Source: Octopus bimaculoides (lineage: Eukaryota). Taken from it: a DNA stretch of 45,153 bases. A model generated the notes under the pieces. That model did not search any database. It had not been told where the DNA came from and worked only from the letters and a program-made list of their open reading frames with translations. Below are positions 13,270-25,900 of this stretch, in pieces. A program made the position numbers and the translations under genes. Where the stretch lies: contig NC_068981.1 in assembly GCF_001194135.2 (NCBI RefSeq), positions 95,234,145-95,279,297 of the forward strand, written 5' to 3'. Each line of letters opens with the position of its first letter. Within the stretch, counting starts at the first letter, position 1.

Positions 13270-16200
13270 ATATATGTGTGTGTGTGTATATATGTGTGTG
13301 TGTGTATATATGTGTGTGTGTGTATATATGTGTGTGTGTATATATAGATATATATGTGTGTACATATATAATCATTTGTCTTCAATTCTGTTTAGGGTCA
13401 CCCGTCACCATTCAAAACAGTATCTGCTAAGGCTGTTGAAAATACACATGTTCTCAGGTAAATAAAGACTGTGTGTGAACTGAAAATAACTTTGCATTGA
13501 AGCAGGTGATATTTCAAGTTGTTGTTTAGCCCCATGCTAGTTCCGACTGAGTTAACCTATAAGCAAATACTTTCCAAACCTGATCATCTTGTATTTTTTG
13601 CACACATTATGTATCTAAGAGTACATTATTCAATATGTCCTGCTTTTAAGGTGATAGGCTGTAGTTTAAGATATGCATATTCACATCATCAATGCACACC
13701 ATGTCCACATGCAAATAATACAACACTTCGCTCCTTCTTCACCTTGTACATGGATATCATCTAGTTGGCACTCCGTCGGTTACGACGATGAGGGTTCCTG
13801 TTGATCCGATCAACGGAACAGCCTGCTCGTGAAATTAACGTGCAAGTGGCTGAGCACTCCACAGACACGTGTACCCTTAATGTAGTTCTCGGGGAGATTC
13901 AGCGTGACACAGTGTGACGAGGCTGACCCTTTGAAATACAGGTACAACAGAAACAGGAAGAAAGAGTGAGAGAAAGTTGTGGTGAAAGAGTACAGCAGGG
14001 TTTGCCACCATCCCCTGCCGGAGCCTCGTGGAGCTTTTAGGTGTTTTCGCTCTATAAGCACTCACAACGCCCAGTCTGGGAATCGAAACCGCAGTCCTAC
14101 GACCACAAGTCCGCTGCCCTAACCACTGGGCCATTTCGCCACACGGATATCATCTATATGAGCTTTAATGTCCTACTACCAGTGTAATACTGTAACTATA
14201 AACGGGAGCAATTCATCCATCAGTGGGTGCATAGCTTAATCATTACTGATACCAAAACGCATCTCTATTTGTGCCTTGTTTTAGCCCAGCTAAAATCTTC
14301 AAGTATTCTATAATTGTTTGGTTCCACATTCACTGGCCTCAGAAACAACTAATCTATAACAGGTTGCAGACTAAAATCTAAGTTTTGTTTGGGACAAGAA
14401 AGTTTTTCAGTTCAGAAGAGTTGCTGACTCTACGAAACCTGTGACCACATTACAATATTGCTCATATATCCATAATTATGAGCTGGCATACACACAATAT
14501 TCTAGATCAGATCTGAAGCCATCTAGCTCAGAAAAGTTTTACTCAATCACTGTATCACTGATTTATATGATCCTCCTCCCTCTCTCTCCTTCTCTCTCTT
14601 TGACTTCTATAACACTATCACACTCACCCTAACTATTTGATACATCGGTTTCTTGTCATTTTTACACTATCTCACTCCCAGACCATACATTCTTCTTTAG
14701 AATTGTTTATAATAGTAAGGATAATTATGATAAAAGCAAAATTCAGGACGTAACTTAAAAATACTTCATGTTAGAATTTGCAAATTGCTAAAAATCTCGA
14801 AAGAAATCTTTTATAGTTATAAGATGATCATGTTTTCTGCTAGCAAAGTTAGTAAGCATGATGGATTATTATGATGGTTCATATATCTTTAGTAATTAAG
14901 TGTTCATAACCAATAGATTTAACCTGCATTGGAATAGTGTATACAGCTCACTGCTCTAAAGAGTCAGAACATTGTATAATTAATGACTAATTTTTGAGCT
15001 TGCTGTACTGATTTCAAGTGCTATTATTTATTAATCAGAATAAGGTAGTGGGAAAACAATTCAAATGCTTAGTCTATCAGACTAGGACCTTTAACATTAT
15101 TGGGATTTTTGATTTTAGAAACCGGCCCTGGTTTGCATTTACAAGTTAACTGGTGTTTTATTTCATTGAGGCTGGAAGGGTAAAATGTAAAGTTGGCAAA
15201 ATTTGAACTTAGACTGCAGTGAGTTGGAACAAATATTGGTTTCAAATTTTGGCACAAGGCTAACAGTTTTGGGGAAGGAGTAAGTCAATTACATCAACCT
15301 CAGAGCTCAACTGGTACTTATTTTAATCCGAAAGGATGAAAGGCAAAGATGACCTTGGCAGAATTTGATCTCGGAACATAAAGAGAAACAAAATGCTGGT
15401 AAGCATTTTGTCTGGCATGCTAATGATTCTGCCAGCTTGCCCCCTTGAGTTGGAACAAATATTGCAAATATTTTGTCCAGTGCTGTCATGGTTCTGTCAT
15501 TCTGTTAAATATTATCTGATAAATTTGTTTACTATGTTTGTACCTTTGAGTATATGTGAGGAATATAAACTCATTTCTAGACTTTACCTATTTTTGTGTT
15601 TTGACCGATAAATTCTGGTCATCTTCAGGTGTCCTGTTTGACATATATAATCATGTTAGTTGTTTAGAAAAAAAATTCCGCTTTTTGTGAAGTGTATCTT
15701 TTTAATTTCTTTTTTCTATTTTATAGATTACCAGTACAGGCGTTTCAGTCTGTATTTGAAACCTACCCAGACTCTTTAGTCCGTGTTGTACAAATTATAA
15801 TGGTTCGGCTGCAGAGAGTCACATTCTTGGCTTTACATAAATACCTTGGTCTCTGCACTGAACTTATTAACCCGGTATCATCATATTTTTTAAAATTGTT
15901 TTCATTTTGTTATGTGTTTTATTTATAAATCTACTGAGAAGGGGAACCCATTACATTTTTAAGCAATCCTAGACTAGAGTGTAGGAATAACTTGCTGAGT
16001 TTAGTATGGTTAATGATTATTTGAGACATTTTCTAGATAAAAATATCGACATGAATAATTTAAGCATTAATGTAATAGCTTTGTTTATCTGTTAACCATT
16101 TTGTTATGCTTTCTGAAAAAACACATAACTCTGATTGTGGAAATAAGCAAAGCCCATCCCACCAATAACATGGAGCAATGTGTTCAACAGTTAAGTGTTG

Positions 16201-18792
16201 TTTTATATAAATGGAAGGTAAAGACTTCAAAATTCTCATTTTGTCATGTTTCGATTATAATTTTTTTTTTTTATCTGTAATGTATAATATTTACATTCAA
16301 AAGTGCTTTTGAATATTGGTTATAGTCTTCAGTTGGCTCAGATGTTTTCGCTGGTCCCTTGCTCCTAGATTTGTTCTATCACTGGGGCTGTACTATATTC
16401 TTGATATGACACTTAACATTTATTACTTAGTGGTAAAATAGTATCCTGTATAGGGGTTGCCAGCCATAGTGAGAAATGGAAGCCCTGTATAACTGAAATT
16501 TAATGTATGGTAATGTGCCTAGTCTCTTGTAAAAAAAAAAACAAAAAAACTGAAATAGGCTTGTATCTCATTTTGGGGGAAAATATATTGCTTAGCTGTT
16601 TAATGTCATAAAAACAGGGATAAACTATTAATATTTTTTCTTTTTTCTTTTTATGTGGTGAAGTTGGTGTCTCAAGATGAAAATGTGAAAACCTTGAATA
16701 TCTATTCCTTGCTCAATAACAGCCATGGAAGTCCTCAGAGATCCATAAGCTTAAAAGACCACCAATCCACACCATTATTAAACCTGCCATGTCAGGATGC
16801 AACTTCATCTTCAGAACCAGAAACAATTAATTATTCATCTGAGAAATCTTCTGGATATGCATCTAAAGACAATTATTGTAAGTATTTTAGGATTTATGTA
16901 ATTTGCTTGAAATATTTTCTGTCTCTGTCCACATTAATTGGTAAAACCTATAAACAGCACACATTTGCTAAAACCTTGCATAGTGTGTGATCATGTATGG
17001 ATACATATTCACATATCACAGGGTAGATTATAAATGAAACTTCCTAATAAATGGCAAATATTTCCTCACCAAACAATAATGATCATTGACTTAGCTTTCA
17101 TCTTTGTCCTCTTGCTGACTCTTCTCCTGTTGCTTTAATGATCTTTTTTCTCTGCTGCACTTGTCTTTCCTTCTTTCATCAAAGCTTTAGCCTTCGTATT
17201 CAATACTGAACACTTTGTTTTACTGATGACAATGGAAAGTATTTCAGCCAATCTTGTCTTTAATGAAGTTTTGAAAATTGCTATAATGCTGTAGGTTACA
17301 GAACATTACTTAATATCTACATTGAATAGTAACTGCTGTTTGCTCTGTTTTTTGATTAGGGAACAAAATATTGGCTATCATTTGTGTATTGTATTGATGT
17401 AGTGGTATACAATTTGAAAAAGTACAAGAATATCCTCTCAAGATAATGTTGGAATTGATGTAAACATACATCAACCAGTAACCAATTTCAATTGTTACCA
17501 AAGTGCCGCAAAAAGAGATTTGTGTGGATGCTGGTGCCGCATAAAAAGCAGTGGTGATGGTGCCTTGTAAAAAGCACCCAGTACACTCTGTAAAGTGGTT
17601 GGTATTAGGAAGAGCATCCTGTCATAGAGACCATGCCAAAACAGACTACAGAATCTTGTGCTGCTGCTGCTGGCCTTGCCAGTTCCTGTCAAGCCATCCA
17701 ACTCATGCCAGCATGGGAAACGAATGTTACATGATGTTAATGAGTAATGAAATAGATTTTGGATTTTGTTAGTGGAATGAAACATTCTGTTAGGGATTGA
17801 GCTAAAATATAATTTATATTCTTATTTACTCTGGATATTATTTGCTCTTCCCCTCAAAATTAACACTTCTCTTCCTATATTAAAATGTTGATGCAGTTTT
17901 GCATGTACCTGTTTTTCACAGAATGATATTTTTATAGATTTGTTCTGGTAGTGTAGAATATTTTATGCACAATATGACTTTTGAATATACAAATAGTTTT
18001 GATTGTGCACTCTGACATTACTAAATGTTTCTCTTTTGAAGTACAAAGATCAACTTCAATGTGCAGTTCTGTATCAGCTACCACTGATTCTATTTCTGTT
18101 GAATTTGATCCTGTGTTTGGTCGATCACAAACCTCATTCCAAAGAGATGTTGCTGGGGGGCTTGCACCTGTACAACTGGTAAGTGCTTTTTTTTTTGTTG
18201 TTTTTTCTATTTTTACATTAATTTTTCCAGTCATGTATCTTGAGTAAGTTGGTTTAATTGGAACAGTTATTTTTGCTGTTGGATGGTCTTCTTACTCACT
18301 CAACTGTAATGTAGTAATGAAACTTGTTCTTTTCTACTCAAACAAACTGAAGCAGTCAGTTATATAGGCTTCATAGTAGAACTCAATGACAGTAGAAAAG
18401 TCTGCATTTATACCTTGAACTTCTAAAACAGCATTATTAAACTCAAGCCATTTTTATGTATTGTGTGCTTTTTAATTCCATTTTCATATATAAATCTCTT
18501 TAGTTCAAGTGTTATATCAACCTCCTCCTTATGAATTCCTAGGGTTCTGCAGTTAGGAATATGGTAATGCTTTACTTTCCTAAACTGAATATCATCAATA
18601 ACACTGTATTTAGATAAACAATCAAATTTCTGTATAATCTGCTTTTATTATTTCGTGTGCAAGATTCTTGATGTGGATACGTGTGTTGAAAGAAATACGA
18701 TTAAACCTTGGGAGAAGCATTATGCCGGTAATAAATACACGCACTGGTTCAGTCCTTTATTAATTTATAAACAGTATTTAGTTTTTGTCTTT

Positions 18793-18829
<37 letters not shown>

Positions 18830-20880
18830 GACAAGTTACTGAAGAGATTGCAAGAGTGCAATGAAATGATTTAACAAAAAAAAACAAAACAAAAAAAACA
18901 ACAACCAAAGACGAAAAACTAAATACTGTTTATAAATTAATAAAGGACTGAACCAGTGCATGTGTTTATTACTGGCATAATGCCTCTCCCAAGGTTTAAC
19001 CGTACTGCTTTTATTAATTATTTCTGTTTCATTCTCTTTTTGTTACTTTCATAGATTTAGTGTCATACTTGTAAAATATTGAATTGGGTGATATTGGTTA
19101 ATCCTAGTTCCTTATTGTGTCTATATTTTATTAATGGTTGTGCATTCAGGCCACAAGGAAGGGTAGGTAAAATTTTAAAATCTGATGGCCATATTGCTGA
19201 TATAGGAAGATGTTAGTTAAAGATTTGAAATCTAAATGGGTGAGTTAAAAATAGACAATGGTTATGAATTGAGTAACCCTCTTAACTAGAAGTGGTTTTT
19301 CGTTTTGCTGTTTAGGTGTTCTATGTATGTGAGATACATGGTATGTTATAATGCAAAGTGCATTGATTTGGTTGATTTAATATATCTATGTTACTTGAGG
19401 GTGCACTGAACCTATCCTATTGTTTGTATATCATTTGTAATAGCATGTCTTGCAATATTCCTTCTGCTTCTTTACATTCTGAATTCAAATCCTGCTAAGG
19501 TCACCTTCGCTTTTCATCTCTCTGGGGTTGATAAAATAAAGTCTAAGTTGAGCACTGAGGCTCAAATAAATCCAGTATTTCCTGCCCCCAGATTTCAGCT
19601 TTGTGCTTGTTAGATAAAAATTATCTAAAAAAAAAAACATATTTGCTGTTGAGTATGCAGTGCCTTTAGCCTCATTTAGATTTATATTTTATTACTTTCT
19701 CTAAGGTACCATTTAACCCCCAAGTAATCTAAATAGGTTGGTTCTGCTTAGTGTGATACATAAAGCAATCTGTTATATTTGCATTAACTTTTTAAATGAT
19801 ATTTTTGTTACCACGTTAGTGCTAGCGCTATGGTAATAAAATGCTTACCCATTACACTCTGTAGAGTGGTTGGTGATAGGAAGGGCATCCAGACATAAAG
19901 CCAAAGTAAAAATGAGACCTACAAGTGAGATCTGGACCACTGACATATCTAAAAGCATCTATTTATTGCTAACTTTAAATAAGAACTGATTCATTCCATT
20001 TCATCATGGAAAGTGGACATAAAATGATGACCTTTTTAAACATTTAGCATTCAGATTACTCTGTCTAATGTAATGCTTATTTATTCACATTGTTTTTTAA
20101 ATTAATCATGCATTATCTTGAGTTTCAATTGTTTGTGTTTAGAATGACCTTGTAGGTTAGGTGTGATAGCCTGGATCTGGCAAGTTTGAACATAAAACAA
20201 GTCAAATATTTGAGTCAGATATGGCCATTTAAATTTTAGAGAGTATAATGTATATTCAACTCATCATGTATGGAGCTTAAGGCTTCCTCTTCAAAAGGAC
20301 AATTAACATTTTTATAATTTTACAGCTATAAAATTGTTTTGTTAGATGTTTTATTTTATATCTAAATATTAGGAATGTTTCTTTAATCTATTTAATTCTT
20401 TTCATTTAGAGTGATGATGAACTATCAAGGCAAAGAATGAATATCAAGAGACATGCATCAGACCCAATGGGATATTCACTTTCTGCAGGAAGAACATTAA
20501 TTGATGTGAAAAAAATTGAACTGATTAAAGTGGATTTGAGTAATCTTTTCAAACTAAAGGTGAATATCTTTACATGTAATATTTTGTTTTCTGACACACA
20601 CATACACACCATCATCGTTTTAATGTTCACTTTTCCATACTTGCATGGGTCAAACGGAATTTGTTGAGACAGATTTTCTGCAGTTGGATGCCCTTTCTGT
20701 TGCTAACTGTCACATGTTTTCCAGTAAGGTATAACATGTACCTTGTTTGTACACTTTGACAGTAATGCTTGCTTACAACTATCGTGTGATTTGAAGACAA
20801 GGAGTCACACACACAATCATGCCTCTGCGTGCGCGTGCATGCACACACACACACGATCATGCCTCTGCGTGCGCGTGCAT

Positions 20881-20922
<42 letters not shown>

Positions 20923-22936
20923 TATAGTACCTTGGGCAAGTGTTTTCAACTATATTCTTGGACTGACCAAGGCTTTGTGAATAGATTTGGTAGCTGGAAA
21001 CTGAAAGAAGTATGTTGTGTGTGCTCATGCATTTTTCTCTGGAAATCATTGAACTACAAAAAGTGACATTATTCTAAATATTATGCTAATTTTTTTTTAC
21101 ATATGTACCTGTGGTGTGTGTCACGCTTACTTCAAAGGAAGAGGTAAAAAGAGAAATAATACTTAAGCAGAGGAAGTATAGTTGAAGTGAGAGGCAAAGC
21201 TGCAAAGAGGAGGGACAGACAGGGAAAGAGAGAGGAGATTCATAGCACTGACAGGTAACACAAATATAACACATTAAGCGCAGGAGCATGAGTGAGAGGC
21301 AAGGAGACATAGAAGAGGGATAGGGGATGGAGGCGGAAGAGAGAGTTAGATTGAATGAAGGAAAGAAGTGGGTACAGAATATTAGTGAAAGACAATGAAA
21401 CCGTTCTCACATCATCATAGACAAAACGCTGGACAATTTTTATTTTTGACAAAATATGATAAAGCAGTTGAAGAGATGGAAATTGCAAAAACAAATGTTG
21501 CCTGTCTATTTGTCTGTCTCTCCTTCCCTCCCTCAGCAAATAGCTGTGGATGTTACTGATACTTTTCTACAATTGAAGGGAGAGGTACAAAGGAAAAGAG
21601 AAATTAAAGGTGTTAACCAGAGGAAGTATAGTTGAAGTGAGTGGCAAAGCGAGAGAAAGGAGGGAAAGAGTGAGATAGACAGTGACTGGTGACTGAAAGG
21701 AAGGTGTTGTTTTTGTGTTTTTAAATGCTTATCAGTATTTTCAGAGTAGACACACACACATACATCTAAAGATAAGTACATACGTAGATACATTGAGACA
21801 TTGTTGAATCAGATCAAAGGCAAATAACCACAGCCAATATTTGATGTTACTTTTCATTACCACAGGAGGACGAGTTAGAGGCAAGGAGACATAGAGGAGG
21901 GTGTAAGGAGGGAGGGAAAGAGAGAGAGAGAGAGAGAGGGAGATAATGTGTTAAATGCAAGAGGATAGGTGACAGGCAAGGAAACATAGAAGAGAGAGAG
22001 AGAGAGAGGAGGAGGCGAGAAGGATATAGATTCAGTGAAAGGAGTGGATACAGAGTAATAGTGGAAGACAATAAAACCCTTCTCATATCATCCATAGACA
22101 AAACGCTGGAAATCTTTTCCTTTTCAACGATATATAATAAAGCAGTTGAAAACATGGAAATTGCAAAAAGAAATGTTACCTATTATCGGTAATCTTCCAG
22201 TTTAGGGAGGTAAAAAAAAGAAAAAAAAATACAAGGGAAATAACTTAACGTCTTACTAGTATTATCCGTACTACTCTGAAATGTTTTTTTTTTTAGCTGT
22301 TTATAAATAAATCACACACGTGATTGAATATCATAGTACCGGCTGCACAACAACTTATGGTAATCTTCCAGTATAGGGAAATAATGGTCAAACTAAATCG
22401 TTTGACCAGAGCTCAAAAATAAAAAAAATAAATTAGTGTAATAGGTGTAAAACAACTTATTGTGAACGAATATGAAGAAAAAAATGCGCGCTCGCGAACT
22501 GGTGGGGTGGGGGAGAGTACGGATATTACTAGTAAGACGTTAAGTTATTTCCCTTGTATTTTTATTTACTTTTTTACCTCCCTAAACTGGAAGATTACCC
22601 TATTTATCTAAGTTATTCTCTTTGTTTGCCTCTCTCTCTCACACTCTCTCTCTTCCTCTGTCTGTCTCAGCAAATAGCTGTGGATTTTACTGTTACTTTT
22701 CTTCAGTTGAAGGGGAAAAGTACAAAGAAAAAGACAAAAGGTGTTAAGCAGAGGAGGGTATACTTGGAGTGGCAAAGCAAGAGAGAGGAGGGACAGAGAG
22801 GGAGTGATAGAGAAAGAGAGAGAGAGTGAGACAGATAGTGACTGGTGACTGAAAGGATGGTGGCGTTTGTTTTGTGTTTTTAAAAGTTTATCAGTATTTT
22901 CATGGTAGACTGATACATACATTGAAAGAAAAGCAA

Positions 22937-22995
<59 letters not shown>

Positions 22996-25900
22996 TTTTT
23001 TTTTCTTAGCTCTCCTGCGTGAACTTTCTGAACTTTCTGTCCGCAGAAGCCATGATAGATCGTTGACCAAACACCATTCAATTTTTTTTCTCCGTGTTTT
23101 TCTCCTTTTTTCTCTGTATTCTTTCTGTTGAAGAGCGTAGCTTGAAACGTTAAAGACTTTCTGTATTCCCAAGCGTCAAACTAATACATCCTTTTGTTGT
23201 TTACCCGACCTGTCCTCGTCTGTTGTTGTTTTTTTTTGTACATTCTCCTAAATACATATATACATTGACACCTTGTTAAATCAAACAGATAACCACAGCA
23301 AATATTGGATGTTATGTTTACCTTTCATTACCGTGGTAGGATGGGTGAGAGGCAAAGAGACATAGAGGAGGGAGAGAGAGAGTTAGGTTGACTGAGTGAA
23401 GGAAGGGAGAGGATTGAGAATAATAGTGAAAGAGAATGAAACCATTCTCATATCATCATTGGGAAAATGCTGGAAAACTTTTCCTTTTTGACGCAACAGT
23501 CAAGCTGGTTAGCAGGACAGGAAAACTCACGGAGGGAGTGAAACTCGTTGACTACAGGTCGTACCAGTTAAAAACAAAAGGCATCAATGTTTAAACCTCT
23601 TACAGGTGGTTGTTGTTGTTGGCACTCTGTCACTTACGGCGTCGAGGGTTCCAGTTGATCCGATCAACAGAACAGCCTGCTCGTGAAATTAACGTTCAAG
23701 TGGCTGAGCACTCCACAGATACGTGCCCCCTTAATGTAGTTCTCGGGATATTCAGCATGACACAGTGTGACAAGGCTGACCCTTTGAATTACAGGTACAA
23801 CAGAAACAGGAAGAAAAAGTGAGAGAAAGTTGTAGTGGAAGAGTACAGCAGGGTTCGCCACCATCCCCTGCCGGAGCCTCGTGGAGCTTTAGGTGTTTTC
23901 GCTCAATAAACACTCACAACACCCGATCTGGGAATCGAAACCGTGATCCTATGACCGCCAGTCCGCTGCCCTAACCACTGGGCCATTGCGCCTCCACTAG
24001 GTGGTACCAGTTAAAAAAAAAAACATTAATGCTCACACCTCCTGTGAGCATTGTGCAATGTGCATGTATATCGACTGTCGAATTTAAAAAATATCAAATT
24101 ATATTGTATGATTATTAGTAGTATTTCATAAAAGTAACAAAAATTATTCCATACTTAAATATGGTCATTATTTAAAGATGCTTACATTTTTTGTATTTTG
24201 TACAATTTCCCAGGGTCCTGCTTATACATAATTGTTCGATAGTTATTAAATGAAGTCACTATTTACAGATACTTACATTTTTTACGTTTTCATGGGTCCA
24301 GCTATATTATTATTTCTACTGTAATTGTGGTTTTAATATGTGAAAGAAGAGATCATTTACTTCGAAACACAGGTGATAGAGACAAGGTGATTTGGTTGTG
24401 AAACAATGCCTCAGTTATATATTCACCTAACATGTATAGTTATGTTACAGAAAAATTAATGTATTTTTTTTATATTTAACATCTGTATCTTTTTCATGGA
24501 CAGGATAGATTTTGTAAATTGGTATATCTGGTGCCTTGAAAAAGCACCTAGGACATTTAGCAAATGGTTGGCATTAGGAAGGCATTTAGCTATAGAAACC
24601 ATACCAAAGCAGACATTGGAGCTCAATGTATTCTTCTTGTTCATTGAGTCGTTGATTCTTCCAACCCATGCCAGCATGGAACTGTCTAGGTCCTTAACTG
24701 TTGATATCATATCTCCTTATTTATCAGAGCACCAATAACTGTAGCATAGTTAGGTTATTTAACTGGGATTGGACTACCAGCCTTTGTGGCATATGTTCAA
24801 ATCTGTATTGGGTATCTCATAATATTGCTCCCTCACTCTCTCTTTCCCCTCCCTCTCTTGGCTTGGGCAGATTCTATTTGCTTTAGTCTACCCACCTGTT
24901 GAAAACAGATAACCGTTCTTCTGCAAACGTTTACAGTAAATTGATATCTTAACTGGAGAAAGATTCATTTCCTTTAAAATTAATGAATCTAGTCCTAAAT
25001 TATAAAACTAATTCTTGTTACCTGTTTATAACTCAAATTCTTTACTTGTATGTGTTGTAAATGAAAATACTTAACTAAGAAACTTGATATTTGTTTCATT
25101 TGAATTTATTTTTTTTAAGGATCCAAGTTTATTGGATGATAAAATGACCCTCAAACAATTTAAAGCTGGAACCATCTTGCAGAAACAAGGCGATCAAGTA
25201 AGAATTAGTTGACACTTAGAAACCACAAGTATTCATTCACAATTTAAAACATTATTGGAGCAATTTCTCTTAATTCATGTTTTGTCTTTGTTTTTTTTTT
25301 ATTTCCATACAAAGATATTTTGATTCTATTATGTGTGACATCATCACAGATATTTTCCCTTATTTCGTTTTAATAATATTTAAGAGTAGTAAGGATGATC
25401 AAACCAAAATGATTACAGCATTTAGTTTCTTCCGTCTTCATAAAACATTCATTTCCTACTGGTGTTATCTTCATTTTGTGTATTGGAGTTGATAAAATAT
25501 GATAGATATTTGGATCAGTTCAACTGATCTTCAATGAAAAATTGGTTTGCATGTAGTAAATTAATAATATTGACTGAGATGTGATTAGAAGATAATTTTG
25601 TGTTGCTGTGTCATTCATGCAAACCTAAATAATGGTTGAAGTCAATTTACTTATGTTGCTGGTACTTTAAGAAATGCATAAATTTCATTCGATTTAATTC
25701 CTGTATGCTATAATCATCATCTATAAATATGTAGTTTTATGCCACAAAGTTGATATTTTTATAAATAAAATAGAGTATATTTTTATTGCTTGGATTTTAA
25801 AACTCGTAATGATAAAAGTTAAAAATCAAACAGCTATAAAATAAAATTTATATTATTCAATTGTTGGTTTTTGTTTTATAGTATTTAATATTCATTTATT

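Larger units (their letters stand above)
21130..23495. repeat. Old tandem triplication of a ~650-700-bp purine-rich unit in intron 11, with two later insertions
   Basis: Anchors ctcagcaaatagctgtgga (21532, 22666), aaaac/tgctgga (21423, 22100, 23464), gaggaagtata-like (21170, 21620, 22751). Confidence 0.8.

Noticed and set aside
12598-13465. His/Thr/Tyr- and Val/Cys-repeat ORFs (also 2086-2331, 2806-2988, 29226-29765)
   Set aside because: Translations of (CA)n, (TA)n and (CT)n microsatellites and gaps
14060-14144. tRNA genes at SINE heads (also 9122, 23920-23998, 28158)
   Set aside because: Box A and box B are present but there is no complete cloverleaf or acceptor stem; each continues into a repeat body, two with TSDs
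16432-16620. TAGGGGTTGCCAG as a hAT terminus
   Set aside because: No matching reverse terminus or TSD found
16715-16723. aacag as the acceptor of exon 9
   Set aside because: Out of phase with exon 8 and leads to a stop; the upstream aag at 16661-16663 keeps frame
17100-17280. Coding-like minus-strand stretch ([16 protein letters not shown]...EKKDH*)
   Set aside because: Under 50 codons, with no recognised motif or splice context; would need TBLASTX
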